64,000 bases of DNA from Thermoplasmatota archaeon. GTDB lineage: Archaea > Thermoplasmatota > E2 > UBA202 > JdFR-43. Shown piece by piece: positions 29,935-40,768 of this stretch. The stretch covers positions 5,676 to 69,675 of the forward strand of contig JAWAYL010000001.1 in NCBI GenBank assembly GCA_038818725.1. The letters run 5' to 3'. The translations under genes and the position numbers were made by a program. The first letter of the stretch is position 1. The number at the start of each line of letters is the position of its first letter. The notes beneath the pieces were generated by a model, which had not been told where the DNA came from, did no database searches, and saw only the letters and a list, made by a program, of their open reading frames with translations.

Positions 29935-30558
29935 ATGGAGAATAAAAAAGGAACAACAACGCTTGCAATGGTCTGTAAAGACGGAGTTGTAGCAGCAGCG
30001 GAAAGAAGAGCCACAATGGGAACACTTATTGCTCACAAGGTTGCAAAGAAGATATATAAGATAGATGATCACTTACTTCTTACAACCGCAGGACTTGTAG
30101 GAGATGCACAGATTCTTGCAAGATTTATGAAAGTAGAATCTGAGCTCTACAAACTTGAAAGAGAGGAAAAAATGCCAGTAAAGGGAGCTGCAACCCTTAT
30201 GGCAAATTTTCTGAATCAGAGAAAATTTTATCCATACTATGTACAGCTTATAATAGGGGGAGTCGATTCATCTGGTCCCCATATATTTTCTCTCGATCCA
30301 GCTGGAGGAGCAATTGAGGACATATATACCACAACTGGCTCAGGCTCGCCGTATGTATTTGGAGTACTTGAGGATAATTATCGAAAGGATATGAGCGTTG
30401 AAGAAGGAATTAATCTCGCGATAAGGGCGCTAGTCGCCGCAATGAGGCGCGACTCAGCCTCTGGTGATGGCATTGATATTGTTGCAATAACTGATAAAGA
30501 GTATATAGAGCTTAAAGATGAAGAAATAGAGGAGAGGAAGAAGAAGATAGGGTTATAA
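29935..30558 (+). CDS. psmB: Proteasome beta subunit (Thr protease with propeptide)
   Basis: MENKKG/TTTLAMVCKDGVVAAAERRATMG marks the propeptide cleavage site before the active-site Thr. The track ORF starts at an upstream TTG at 29821; the in-frame ATG is at 29935. Confidence 0.85.
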   Translation: MENKKGTTTLAMVCKDGVVAAAERRATMGTLIAHKVAKKIYKIDDHLLLTTAGLVGDAQILARFMKVESELYKLEREEKMPVKGAATLMANFLNQRKFYPYYVQLIIGGVDSSGPHIFSLDPAGGAIEDIYTTTGSGSPYVFGVLEDNYRKDMSVEEGINLAIRALVAAMRRDSASGDGIDIVAITDKEYIELKDEEIEERKKKIGL

Positions 30559-30563
30559 CTTTC

Positions 30564-32462
30564 ATGCCAATTGAAGAAGTTTTGGAAAAAATAAAAGAGG
30601 AAATAAGGGCATCTATACCTTCGAGCATAAGCATAACAGGCGTTGAGTTTGAAGGAGCTGAGCTGGTTATTTATACAAAGGATCCTGAAAAATTTGCTGA
30701 GCAAAGTGAAATTGTAAAGCAATTGGCAAAAAAAATTCAAAAGAGAATTGTTGTAAGAGCGGATTCTTCTGTTTTGATGGATCCAGAAGAAGCTGAAGAA
30801 AAAATAAAAGAGCTTGTTCCAAAAGAGGCAAACCTTATAAATGTATATTTTGAGCCAGATATTGGAGAGGTAACCCTTGAAGTTGAAAAACCAGGTTTAG
30901 CGATAGGAAAAAAGGGAAATCTTTTAAATGAGATAAGAAAAGCAATAGGATGGGCTCCGAAAGTAATAAGAGCACCGCCAATGCCCTCAAAAACAGTTCA
31001 AGATATAAGAAAATATTTGCGCCTTGTTTCAGAGGATAGAATAAAATTTTTGAGGAGATTTGGAAGAAGACTTCATAGAGGAGTAAGTGAAGGAGAAAAA
31101 TGGGTAAGGATAACATCACTTGGTGGATATAGAGAAGTTGGGCGCTCCTGCACATTATTATCCACAAATGATAGCAAGATATTGATTGATTGCGGGTTGG
31201 ATGTTTCTTCAATTGAAAATGGCTCTCCATATCTACATATGCCAGAGGTATTGCCCCTTGATTCTATTGATGGTGTTGTTGTTACACATGCTCATCTTGA
31301 CCATTCTGGACTTGTTCCAATGCTATTTAAATACGGATATGATGGTCCAGTTTATTCAACATATCCAACGAGAGATGTTATGGTTCTCTTGCAGATGGAC
31401 TACTTAAGGGTTTGTGCCGATGAGGCAAAAAAAGCCCCATATAGCTCTGAGCATATAAGAAAGGAAATACAAAATACAATTCCTCTAAATTATGGAGATA
31501 CAATAGATATTGCACCAGATATAAAATTAACAATGCATAGAGCTGGGCATATATTGGGCTCATCAATATGCCATTTCCATATAGGAGACGGGCTATTCAA
31601 TATAGCATTTTCAGGAGATATAAAATATGAAAAAACTTGGCTCTTCAGTGCAGCTGCAACTCATTTCCCGCGCCTCGAGGCAATTGTGCTTGAATCTACA
31701 TATGGAGGGAAAGAGGATATTCAGCCATCTCGCAAGAAGGCTGGCGAACAACTTCGAGACATTATAAAGAGGACAATTGAGAACAAGGGAAAAGTACTCA
31801 TACCAGTATTTGCAATTGGGAGATCGCAGGAAGTTATGATAGTTATTGAGCAACTTATAAAGGAAAAAGAATTGCCGGAATTGCCAGTTTATCTTGACGG
31901 AATGATATGGGAGGCAACTTCAATTCATACTGTTTATCCTGAATATTTAAATGCTGATTTAAGAAAAAAAATATTTCAGGAAGGAGAAAATCCCTTAATG
32001 GCTGAGTTTTTTGAAAGAGTTGATAGCATTGATAAGAGAAGAGAAATTATAGACGAAAGCAATGAATGCATTGTTCTCGCAACCAGTGGAATGCTTAATG
32101 GCGGGCCAATAATGGAATATTTCAAGGCATGGGCAGATGATTCAAGAAGTACTCTTATATTTGTTGGTTATCAAGCAGAGGGCACACTAGGAAGAAAATT
32201 ACAGCGAGGAAGCAAAGAAATTATTATTGGAGACAAAGAAATAAAAGTTGAGATGAATATTGAAACATGTGATGGTTTTTCAGGTCATTCAGATAGAAAT
32301 CAGCTTATGAATTTCATAAAAAATATTTCTCCAAAGCCAAAAAGAATAATATTGAATCACGGAGAAGAAGCAAAATGCATGGATTTAGCGGCAAGCTTAT
32401 ATAAAAAATTTGGAATAAAAACGCTCGCAATAAAAAATCTTGAGACAGTAAGATTTAGATAA
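30564..32462 (+). CDS. aCPSF1: KH domain, metallo-beta-lactamase and beta-CASP ribonuclease
   Basis: Two N-terminal KH domains (GLAIGKKGNLLNEIRKAIGW). MBL motif HAHLDHSG. Beta-CASP motifs. 632 aa. Confidence 0.85.
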   Translation: MPIEEVLEKIKEEIRASIPSSISITGVEFEGAELVIYTKDPEKFAEQSEIVKQLAKKIQKRIVVRADSSVLMDPEEAEEKIKELVPKEANLINVYFEPDIGEVTLEVEKPGLAIGKKGNLLNEIRKAIGWAPKVIRAPPMPSKTVQDIRKYLRLVSEDRIKFLRRFGRRLHRGVSEGEKWVRITSLGGYREVGRSCTLLSTNDSKILIDCGLDVSSIENGSPYLHMPEVLPLDSIDGVVVTHAHLDHSGLVPMLFKYGYDGPVYSTYPTRDVMVLLQMDYLRVCADEAKKAPYSSEHIRKEIQNTIPLNYGDTIDIAPDIKLTMHRAGHILGSSICHFHIGDGLFNIAFSGDIKYEKTWLFSAAATHFPRLEAIVLESTYGGKEDIQPSRKKAGEQLRDIIKRTIENKGKVLIPVFAIGRSQEVMIVIEQLIKEKELPELPVYLDGMIWEATSIHTVYPEYLNADLRKKIFQEGENPLMAEFFERVDSIDKRREIIDESNECIVLATSGMLNGGPIMEYFKAWADDSRSTLIFVGYQAEGTLGRKLQRGSKEIIIGDKEIKVEMNIETCDGFSGHSDRNQLMNFIKNISPKPKRIILNHGEEAKCMDLAASLYKKFGIKTLAIKNLETVRFR

Positions 32463-32502
32463 GAATTATAAATAACCAATTGATTATAGTAAGGTGAATA
32501 GC

Positions 32503-35500
32503 ATGGATAGAAAGGTAAAGGCTTGCATTTTGATATTGCTATCTATAGTATTTTTTATAAAGACTGCAAATGCTGAGTTGGTTGTTGATTTCTATTTTGA
32601 ACCAGAAACACCTTTAACATTTCAAAATGTTTTTTTCTGGGATAACTCAACATATAATGGAGAAAATTTAACAAATTTCGCAGTAAATTTTTCTTGGGAT
32701 TTTGGAGATGGGGGCAAAAGTTATGAAAAGGACACAAATCACACATATTTAACGCCTGGCTTATATAATGTAACACACGAAGTAACTTTATCCAATGAAA
32801 GCGGTATTATAGAAAGAAAAATGGTCGTAAAGCAAATTAATGTACTCAATCGCCCGCCTGCCGCAAAATTTTACTGGATGAGGGATGCTAATTTTACTTT
32901 CTTTGGTAATTTTAAATATGATGCAAGCTATGATTTAGATGGCTATATAGCAAACTATACATGGGATTTTGGAGACGGAAGCATTGGATATGGTGCTACT
33001 GTGCAGCATTCCTATACTATATCTGGGAAATGCGATGTTACCCTAACTGTTCGTGATAACAATGGCTCAACAAATTCAATGAGAAGGGAAATAAATATAT
33101 CAAATAAGATACCTATTGTAAATTTTTCATATGAACCAGTAAGCCCTACAACGCTTGATAATATAACATTTACAAGCAATTCATATGATATAGACGGCTA
33201 TATAACTCAATTGATATGGGATTTTGGCGAAGAGAATATATTTTATAACAGCACAATTACATATAGATATAATAATAGCGGTATTTATCGAGTATATCTT
33301 TTTGTGATAGATAATGAAGGAGCATTCAATTATACATGGAAGGATGTTATTGTTTATAATATCCCTCCGGTTGCAAATTTTTCATGGGAACCATTTTATC
33401 CGATACCAAATAAAAATATCACATTCAATGCAAGCAATAGCTATGATTTAGATGGCTATATAGTAAACTATACATGGGATTTTGGAGATGGAAGCATTGG
33501 ATATGATGCTACTGTGCAACATTCATATAATTCATCTGGAATTTATAATGTTACTTTAACTGTTTTTGATGATGATAATGAAAAAGCAACAATAACTTAT
33601 TCAATTTTAGTTGCGGATTTTTATGTGGATAAAAATGTTTATGATCCCACCAACCATACTTGGGATAGAATAAATGATGCATTAAATAATGCAAGCAATG
33701 GGGCTTATATTTATATAAAAGAGGGAATATATTGGGAGGATATAGAAGTTAATAAGGAAGTTTTAATCGAAGGAATAAATGCAACAATATATGGAAACAT
33801 TAGCCTGATAAATAAAGTAATCTTTTATAAAATTAACTCAAAAGGTTTTTCATTTTCTGCAAAAGAAAATTGCTCGATAGAGAATTGCAATATAGAAGCA
33901 AATAAAATAAGTATAGAAAGATGCAATTACTTTTCTAAAAATAAAATTAAAGGTGAAATTGAAACAGGAAATAAAAATATATTTAGAAATAATTCCATAG
34001 AAGGAGGAATTGAAGTAAATGGCAAGGAGAATGAATTTTATGAAAATTTAATCTATGGCACATTTTATGGTCTCCATATTAAAGAAGGAGTAAATAAAAT
34101 AATAAAGAATGAAATAAGCGGATGCATATATGGCTTATATCTTAGGGAATTTAACGAGATAATTAGCAATTATATAAAGTCAAATGGATTTGGAATTTAT
34201 ATAAATGCAAGCAACTTTTTAATTGGATATAATAAACTTGAAAATAATTATTACGGAGTATATGTAACAAACTCAATTAACGCAACATTTTTTGATTTAT
34301 TCTTTTCAAACAATACATTTTCAATTTATTCAGATAATTCCTACTTGTACATTGAAAATGCTACAATAAATCATGGAAAAAATGGAATTTTAATTAATTC
34401 TGGAGAAATAGTAAATTCTTCAATAAGTAATCTTGAAAATGGAATAATAGGAGACAATATAGCAATAAGGAATTGTTCAATCAGGAATTGTAAAATAGGC
34501 GTAGAGAGCACTAATTCACAAATTTATTACACCATATTTGAAGGAAATGATGCGGGTGTTTATACAAATAATACATATATAAAGAATTGCTCTTTCTCAA
34601 AAAATATCTATGGGATTAAAGCAGGAAATGAAAACAACATATCAAATTCAACTTTTTCAACTAATTCATTTGCAATAATTTGTGATGGCGTGAATAACTA
34701 CATTTCAAATTCAAGAATTTATAAGAATAACGGTGGAATATATCTGAAGAACTCCTTTAATTTAATCTATGAAAATGTAATTGAGGAGAATGAATATGGG
34801 TTGAGAATTTTCTCCTCTCCTCACAACACTTTTTATGGAAATATTTTTAAGGATAATAAATACAATTTTGATTTGGAGGGAGGCGAAATCTCTCATTTTT
34901 ATCAAACAATATATGAAAATAATAAAGCAAATAATCTCACATTTTTATACTTGAGAAATGCATCAAATATTGAAATAAATGGAGGCTATGGTTACCTCGC
35001 CTTAATTGAGTGCAAAAACATCTCGCTGACCAATTTTAGCAACTCGCATGCAGGCGAATTGCTGGTTGCGGGTTGTGAGAATGTCACAATTAGAGATGGA
35101 ATTTTGGAGGAAAATATTGAAGGAATTTATATTTTGAAGGGGAGAAATTTATCTTTTGAAAATCTAAAAATTAGAAATAATTCCTTGGGAATATCTGTGA
35201 AATCCTCGCAAAATTTGCTGATTTATAATTGTTTATTTGAAGGAAATATAAAGGGAATTAACCTATTTAACATTGAAAGAGAATTTTCTTATGTTAGGAT
35301 GATTTCACTCAATTTTTATGGAAATAATTACGGGTTTAGTATAGAGAATGCTGAAGAAGTTAAGATTGATGGAATAAATGCAGGCATGAACAACATCGAT
35401 GGAATAATATATAATGGGGATGTTTCGCTAAATAATTCAAATATTTCATTTTTATCATTTAAAAAATCTGATTTAGATATATCAAATTCATGCATTGATA

Positions 35501-37158
35501 AAATTTATGGAGAAAATTCAAAAATTTCAATCTCAAATACTTCAATTAAAAATTTCATTGCCATCGAATGCAATCTTTATATGCAGAAAAGCAATTTATC
35601 TGGAAATATCAATTTTATTAGAGGGAATATTGATATAAATAATAGCGTTTTTTATGATAATGAAGAGATATTATATAGCTCTTCTAATGTTTCAATAAGA
35701 AATTCATTTTTGGAAGGGAATAAGATAGTCAAATTCATTAATGTTAGCGGATTTTTAGAGAATAGCTCTATAGCAAACAATAGCATCGGAATTTTAATTG
35801 AAAATTCAACATTTTCATTGATAAACATAACATGCTATAAAAATGACATTGGAATTTATATAAATTCATCATACTGCAAATTTTCTTACGGAAATTTATC
35901 AGAAAACAATATTTCAATTTTTGTTAACGGAACAAATAACATAATTGAAAAAATATTGATTCATCATAATGAAAAAGGAATTTTAATTTATGGATACAAT
36001 AATACAGTAAAAAATTGCTCTTTCTGGAGAAATGAAATTGGAATTGAAGCAAATGGAAGCAATAAAATATATTCAAATAATTTTGTTTATAATTTAATAA
36101 ATGCAATTGAAAGAGGAAATAACATCTGGAATATAAGCTATCCATATGGGGGCAACTACTGGCATGACTATTCTGGAAAAGATATAATGAAAGGAGAAGG
36201 GCAGAATATAAGCGGTGGTGATGGAATTGGCGATGTCCCATATAAAATAAATGGAAGTTATGACTTCTATCCATTGATGCAAAAATGTTCTGCGGCTTTT
36301 ATTCCAAATGAAAAGCCAATTGCAAAATTCTATTTCTATCCTTCCTTGCCAAATTCTTTTGAAAATATAATGTTTTTCGATGCTTCATATGATGAAAATG
36401 GGGAAGATGATATAATTTCGTGGTTATGGGATTTTGGAGATGCTTCAAAAAGCAATGAAAGAAATCCAACTCACAAATATACCGCCCCTGGAAATTATAC
36501 AATAACTTTAAAAGTTAAAGATAAAAGCAATGAAAGTAGCATTTTTTCAATAAACATTTCAATAAAAAATATTCCTCCATATGCAGATTTTTCGTTCAAA
36601 AATGCAAAATCATATGAGATAATTGAATTTAATGCAAGTAATAGCTATGATTTAGATGGTTACATAGTTAATTATACATGGAGCTTTGGAGACGGAAGCA
36701 TTGCATATGAAAATATTTCATATCATAAATACATAAAGCCAGGAATTTATAAAGTAAAACTTGTTGTTGTTGATAACAACGGGAGTAAAAAAGAATTAGA
36801 GAAAGAAATAGAAATAGCTAACAGAGAGCCGAGCGCAGATTTTGTATTTTCTCCAGAAAAAGCAAATCCTGGAGAAGAAATATCATTTACCGACCTCTCA
36901 ACAGATATGGATGGAGAAATAATTTCATATATCTGGAAATTTGGAGATGGGAATGTTTCGTATGAGAAAAATCCATCGCATGCGTATGAAAAACCTGGAG
37001 AATATGAAGTTACATTAATAGTAAAAGATGATAACGGGGCAAGCTCAATTATAACAAAAACAATAACAGTAAAGAAAAAAGAGATCCCATCTTTTGAATT
37101 TATTATATTTGCAATTGCAATAATATTAATAATTTCAAGGAGAAAAAAAATAACTTAA
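32503..37158 (+). CDS. Giant secreted surface protein (1551 aa): PKD domains flanking a long right-handed parallel beta-helix region, with a C-terminal IPSFE-TM-RRKK anchor
   Basis: Signal peptide MDRKVKACILILLSIVFFIKTANA. At least five PKD modules (YTWDFGDGSIGY...). Hundreds of residues of N/I/G-rich 22-25-residue repeats (NxxIxxNxxGI), typical of pectate-lyase-like beta-helices. C-terminus KKEIPSFEFIIFAIAIILIISRRKKIT. The track ORF starts at a GTG at 32494. Confidence 0.75.
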   Translation: MDRKVKACILILLSIVFFIKTANAELVVDFYFEPETPLTFQNVFFWDNSTYNGENLTNFAVNFSWDFGDGGKSYEKDTNHTYLTPGLYNVTHEVTLSNESGIIERKMVVKQINVLNRPPAAKFYWMRDANFTFFGNFKYDASYDLDGYIANYTWDFGDGSIGYGATVQHSYTISGKCDVTLTVRDNNGSTNSMRREINISNKIPIVNFSYEPVSPTTLDNITFTSNSYDIDGYITQLIWDFGEENIFYNSTITYRYNNSGIYRVYLFVIDNEGAFNYTWKDVIVYNIPPVANFSWEPFYPIPNKNITFNASNSYDLDGYIVNYTWDFGDGSIGYDATVQHSYNSSGIYNVTLTVFDDDNEKATITYSILVADFYVDKNVYDPTNHTWDRINDALNNASNGAYIYIKEGIYWEDIEVNKEVLIEGINATIYGNISLINKVIFYKINSKGFSFSAKENCSIENCNIEANKISIERCNYFSKNKIKGEIETGNKNIFRNNSIEGGIEVNGKENEFYENLIYGTFYGLHIKEGVNKIIKNEISGCIYGLYLREFNEIISNYIKSNGFGIYINASNFLIGYNKLENNYYGVYVTNSINATFFDLFFSNNTFSIYSDNSYLYIENATINHGKNGILINSGEIVNSSISNLENGIIGDNIAIRNCSIRNCKIGVESTNSQIYYTIFEGNDAGVYTNNTYIKNCSFSKNIYGIKAGNENNISNSTFSTNSFAIICDGVNNYISNSRIYKNNGGIYLKNSFNLIYENVIEENEYGLRIFSSPHNTFYGNIFKDNKYNFDLEGGEISHFYQTIYENNKANNLTFLYLRNASNIEINGGYGYLALIECKNISLTNFSNSHAGELLVAGCENVTIRDGILEENIEGIYILKGRNLSFENLKIRNNSLGISVKSSQNLLIYNCLFEGNIKGINLFNIEREFSYVRMISLNFYGNNYGFSIENAEEVKIDGINAGMNNIDGIIYNGDVSLNNSNISFLSFKKSDLDISNSCIDKIYGENSKISISNTSIKNFIAIECNLYMQKSNLSGNINFIRGNIDINNSVFYDNEEILYSSSNVSIRNSFLEGNKIVKFINVSGFLENSSIANNSIGILIENSTFSLINITCYKNDIGIYINSSYCKFSYGNLSENNISIFVNGTNNIIEKILIHHNEKGILIYGYNNTVKNCSFWRNEIGIEANGSNKIYSNNFVYNLINAIERGNNIWNISYPYGGNYWHDYSGKDIMKGEGQNISGGDGIGDVPYKINGSYDFYPLMQKCSAAFIPNEKPIAKFYFYPSLPNSFENIMFFDASYDENGEDDIISWLWDFGDASKSNERNPTHKYTAPGNYTITLKVKDKSNESSIFSINISIKNIPPYADFSFKNAKSYEIIEFNASNSYDLDGYIVNYTWSFGDGSIAYENISYHKYIKPGIYKVKLVVVDNNGSKKELEKEIEIANREPSADFVFSPEKANPGEEISFTDLSTDMDGEIISYIWKFGDGNVSYEKNPSHAYEKPGEYEVTLIVKDDNGASSIITKTITVKKKEIPSFEFIIFAIAIILIISRRKKIT

Positions 37159-37162
37159 TTTA

Positions 37163-37236
37163 TGGGCCCGGCCGGATTTGAACCGGCGACCATCTGGTTA
37201 TGAGCCAGACGCTCCACCTGGCTAAGCTACGGGCCC
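37163..37236 (-). tRNA. tRNA with a CAT anticodon (elongator tRNA-Met, or tRNA-Ile2 if C34 is modified)
   Basis: Reverse complement GGGCCCGTAGCTTAGCCAGGTGGAGCGTCTGGCTCATAACCAGATGGTCGCCGGTTCAAATCCGGCCGGGCCCA folds as a cloverleaf: 7-bp acceptor stem, anticodon loop CTCATAA, T-loop TTCAAAT. It lacks the three G-C pair anticodon stem of initiator tRNA. Confidence 0.85.
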
Positions 37237-37528
37237 ACAAAATAATAGCAATTTGTGAATTTATTTTTTTCTATTAGCGAGTTGTCGAAAAATAGTTCTA
37301 TGCTTTAATTTGTAAATTTTTTTAAATTTTATCATCAATTCCATATGTAGTGGAGATTTTCTAATCCTCCAAAAATGCCTTCTATTATTCCACGATTTGC
37401 TTTATATAGCTCTTCTGAAAATATTTCCAATGCTTTTCTTCTTATCCTCTTGGAATTGATTTTAAAATTGTTTTATTAAATCAATTTTGATTTGATAGAA
37501 CAATTTTTATATATATGATTTCTTATTG

Positions 37529-38158
37529 CTAAGTGTGAGAGGAACGGGATAGCTTATTTTTCTCCTCCCCCTTGCCTCTCTCCGTTCCTCTCGCCTCCTC
37601 ATCTAGCATATCAAGAATTTTATCTATTTCGCTGTGGGTTTCTTCTATCGGGCGATTTGTATATATAATATGCCATCCTTTTACAAGTCTGAGAGCTTTT
37701 TCCCTTACTTTTCTCAACTCCTCAAGATTTTCAAACATCTCTTTTTCTCCTCTTTTTTCAATTCTTCTCAGCGATTCCTCTGGCTCAACATCGAGGAAAA
37801 ACATATATGGAGATGTAGGAAGAAAAGTTGAAAAAAATTTGTATAATATTTTTGCAATAGGAAATGGTAAATATGCAACACCTACTAAATACCGCACAAC
37901 AATAAATGTATCTGCTTTACCATAAAATTTTCTTATGGAGCGAATCACATCCATTGCATAGTAAAATGATGCTTTGATATGATTTATTTTACCACCTTCA
38001 AGAAGCGCCTTTTTTGCCTTTATTCCATATTTATTGTCATTTTCTGGATGAGAGCGAATTATAACTTTCTCATTTCTTTTTTCATATCTCTCCTTTATCA
38101 AGTTTGCATGCGTGTCCTTGCCTGCTCCATCAAGCCCATCAACAACTATAAAGCGCAT
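37529..38158 (-). CDS. Thymidylate kinase-like nucleoside-monophosphate kinase
   Basis: P-loop FIVVDGLDGAGKDTHANLI and a DRY-like VVRYLVGVAY segment. The last 25 codons or so are GC-rich, unlike the rest of the genome, and contain an 11-bp inverted repeat, so the true stop may lie earlier. Confidence 0.55.
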   Translation of the reverse strand: MRFIVVDGLDGAGKDTHANLIKERYEKRNEKVIIRSHPENDNKYGIKAKKALLEGGKINHIKASFYYAMDVIRSIRKFYGKADTFIVVRYLVGVAYLPFPIAKILYKFFSTFLPTSPYMFFLDVEPEESLRRIEKRGEKEMFENLEELRKVREKALRLVKGWHIIYTNRPIEETHSEIDKILDMLDEEARGTERGKGEEKNKLSRSSHT

Positions 38159-38802
38159 TTTATCCCATAGCAGAGGAGTGAGGCGGTTAATGAAACAGTT
38201 ATATTATCAAGCCCTTTTGGAGTAATTGCTTCAACAACAGTTGCAAAAAAGCTTATAAAAGTTAGCAGAAGAACTGATTTAATGCCATCAAAAAAATTAT
38301 AATAAAGCATTGCAATTGCCCCAAATAAAATAATTGCAAAAAACATACTTAATGAACCTTCTATACTCTTCTCATCCCCAAATATTTTATATTTTCTTTT
38401 GCCAAATTTTGTTCCAAGAAGAGAGGCAAAACCGTCACCATAAGACATTGCAACTATTCCTATTGCTATAAAAAATTTTTCATAAAAGAAAACATAGGCA
38501 AGCACCGTCCATGAAATTGAATAATATACCAGCCCCAGCCCATGTCCAGCAGAAGAAGCTTTACTCTCTATTTTTAATGGCGAATAAGGGCTCATCAAAA
38601 AGGTAAGAGGAATGAAAGGTGCGGCGGCGAGAAAAGTCATTACATATTTATTCTCGAATAAAGGGAGTATAAATAATATGTTTCCAACCATTATATGTAA
38701 GAATTTCCTACTCAAAACAGGATAGCTAGAAAGAATTTTTTCTGATAAAATTATAAGAATAAAAACATATAAATAAACAGCTATCAACCCAATTAGATCC
38801 AT
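38146..38802 (-). CDS. CTP-dependent membrane transferase/kinase of the CdsA / CarS / dolichol-kinase family
   Basis: Seven or eight TM helices and a C-terminal MSYGDGFASLLGTKFGKRKY resembling the CdsA-family GD..A...G..FGK motif. Overlaps the Tmk-like gene by 13 nt. Confidence 0.4.
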   Translation of the reverse strand: MDLIGLIAVYLYVFILIILSEKILSSYPVLSRKFLHIMVGNILFILPLFENKYVMTFLAAAPFIPLTFLMSPYSPLKIESKASSAGHGLGLVYYSISWTVLAYVFFYEKFFIAIGIVAMSYGDGFASLLGTKFGKRKYKIFGDEKSIEGSLSMFFAIILFGAIAMLYYNFFDGIKSVLLLTFISFFATVVEAITPKGLDNITVSLTASLLCYGIKCAL

Positions 38803-38885
38803 AAAAATGAATGCAATCTAAATATATATTTTTTAAAGAAATGTGTTAGTAAATTTCTTTGATTTACTATATTTCCAATCCTCTT

Positions 38886-39662
38886 TTAAGTGGAAAGAAA
38901 GTGATATTTAATTTCAGCGACTGATTTTGAGTTATACTCCTCTATTGACAAAATTGCCTTCATTATTTCATTTTCTTCTCCAATTAAAGCTACATTTAGT
39001 CCTTTTTGAGCTGCTTCAATAGCAGAATTTATAGGGCAAAATTCAAAATTGTATCTTATTTTTGCTTTTCCTGCTACTATTTTTCCAATTTCTCCTATTA
39101 TTCCAATTCTATCAATGTTAATCTGCTGAATTTTTTTCTTTAATTTTTCAAAATTTAATTTTTTAACTTCCTTTTCTGGAGATGGAATAGAAAAGAGATA
39201 TATCTCGCCTAAAGAAAGATCAATTATTCCTTCAACACCTGTTATTATAACATCTTCTCCTTTTTTTGCATTTTTTATTGCTATTCCATATGCAGATGAG
39301 CTTTTTCTTGAATAAGCATATAAATAACCATTTTTCATAAAAAGAGCTACTCTATCTCCCTCCCTTATCTTATTTCCCGCTATTGCATAACATGTTCTTA
39401 TTATATTCAACTTTTTTTTCTTTTCTTCTATATATCTTTCAATAGAAGAAAGGTAAGTAAAAATTTCATCTATTCCTTTCACTGTAACTCTATATTTTCC
39501 TCCTACCATATCCACTAATCCATGAGCTTTCATTTCTTTAAGATATTTAGAAACACCTTGCTTTGTAATTCCTATTTTTTCTGCTATTTTGCTTAAATTT
39601 TCTCCATCTGTTGCTATTTCAAGCAATATAAGAAATTTTTTTGAAATTAAATCTTTAACCAT
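38886..39662 (-). CDS. Transcriptional regulator: N-terminal winged HTH plus an uncharacterised C-terminal domain
   Basis: LSKIAEKIGITKQGVSKYLKEMKAHGLV is a helix-turn-helix. The remaining 180 aa or so were not recognised. Confidence 0.4.
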   Translation of the reverse strand: MVKDLISKKFLILLEIATDGENLSKIAEKIGITKQGVSKYLKEMKAHGLVDMVGGKYRVTVKGIDEIFTYLSSIERYIEEKKKKLNIIRTCYAIAGNKIREGDRVALFMKNGYLYAYSRKSSSAYGIAIKNAKKGEDVIITGVEGIIDLSLGEIYLFSIPSPEKEVKKLNFEKLKKKIQQINIDRIGIIGEIGKIVAGKAKIRYNFEFCPINSAIEAAQKGLNVALIGEENEIMKAILSIEEYNSKSVAEIKYHFLST

Positions 39663-39730
39663 AAAATTATTATTTCATGAATTAAAAATATTTCTAATGA
39701 AAATTTATAAATTGCTAAAATATTTCTCAT

Positions 39731-40768
39731 ATGAACGAAATTTATTTTAAATCTGCATCCACACCTTTTGCAAAGGATGCAATTCATCTCTCAATAGAGA
39801 AAATTTTTGAAAAAGTAAATAGAATAGAAAAAGGAGATATTGTTGCAGTTAAGTTGCATATGGGCGAACTTGGAAATAATGCATATGTGCGCCCTTTTTT
39901 TATTCGCAAAATCGTTGATATAGTAAAAAAAGCAGGAGGAAAGCCATTTATAACAGATACAACAACTCTATATGGTGGCCATAGAGGAAATGCAATAGAT
40001 TATCTTTATACCGCTTCAATGCATGGTTTCAGCATTTCTTCAATGAATTGCCCTATTATAATAGCAGATGGCTTACTTGGAAAAGATGAAGAAATTATAG
40101 ATATAAATGGAGAAAAGGTTGCAGTTGCAAAAGCAATAATTGAATCAGATTACTTGCTTGCAGTTTCTCATTTCAAGGGTCATGGAATGACAGGCTTTGG
40201 AGGAGCAATAAAAAATGTTGGCATGGGCTGCTGCAGCAAGGCTGGCAAGGCATGGCAGCATTCCGCGAGCAAGCCAGCTCATGATAAAAGCAAATGCATA
40301 GTTTGCAAAAAATGCCTTGTTTTTTGTCCATCTAAGGCAATTTATGAAAAAAATGGAGAAATTTTTATAGATTATGAAAAATGCAAGGGTTGCGGAGCAT
40401 GCACTGTTTTATGTGAGCAAGGTTGCTTTTATATTAGCGATGCAAATGAGTTGCAGAGAAGGATAGCAATTGCTTGCAAAGCAATTATTCAAAAATTTGG
40501 TGAAAAAGTTTCTTTCATAAATTTTCTTACTGATATAACTCCAAGATGTGATTGCTGTTCATTTCCAGATAAGCCTTTAATAAATGATATTGGAATTTTA
40601 TCGGGTAGCGATATAGTTGCAATAGATAAAGCATCATATGATTTAGTTTGCAATCATGCTGGGAAGGATATATTTTATGAAATTCATAAAATAGATGGAA
40701 AGATACAGCTTATAGAAGGAGAAAAAGTTGGAGTAGGAAAAATGGAATACAAGCTTATTGAAATTTAA
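39731..40768 (+). CDS. DUF362-family protein with an inserted 2x[4Fe-4S] ferredoxin domain
   Basis: CIVCKKCLVFCP and CKGCGACTVLCE ferredoxin motifs inside a DUF362-like scaffold (KLHMGELGN...FITDTTT). Confidence 0.5.
   Translation: MNEIYFKSASTPFAKDAIHLSIEKIFEKVNRIEKGDIVAVKLHMGELGNNAYVRPFFIRKIVDIVKKAGGKPFITDTTTLYGGHRGNAIDYLYTASMHGFSISSMNCPIIIADGLLGKDEEIIDINGEKVAVAKAIIESDYLLAVSHFKGHGMTGFGGAIKNVGMGCCSKAGKAWQHSASKPAHDKSKCIVCKKCLVFCPSKAIYEKNGEIFIDYEKCKGCGACTVLCEQGCFYISDANELQRRIAIACKAIIQKFGEKVSFINFLTDITPRCDCCSFPDKPLINDIGILSGSDIVAIDKASYDLVCNHAGKDIFYEIHKIDGKIQLIEGEKVGVGKMEYKLIEI

Noticed and set aside
37529-37610. GC-rich C-terminal tail of the Tmk-like ORF (EEARGTERGKGEEKNKLSRSSHT) as real protein sequence
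   Set aside because: Its composition is unlike the rest of the genome and it coincides with an 11-bp perfect inverted repeat. It is more likely a non-coding structured element read through by ORF extension.
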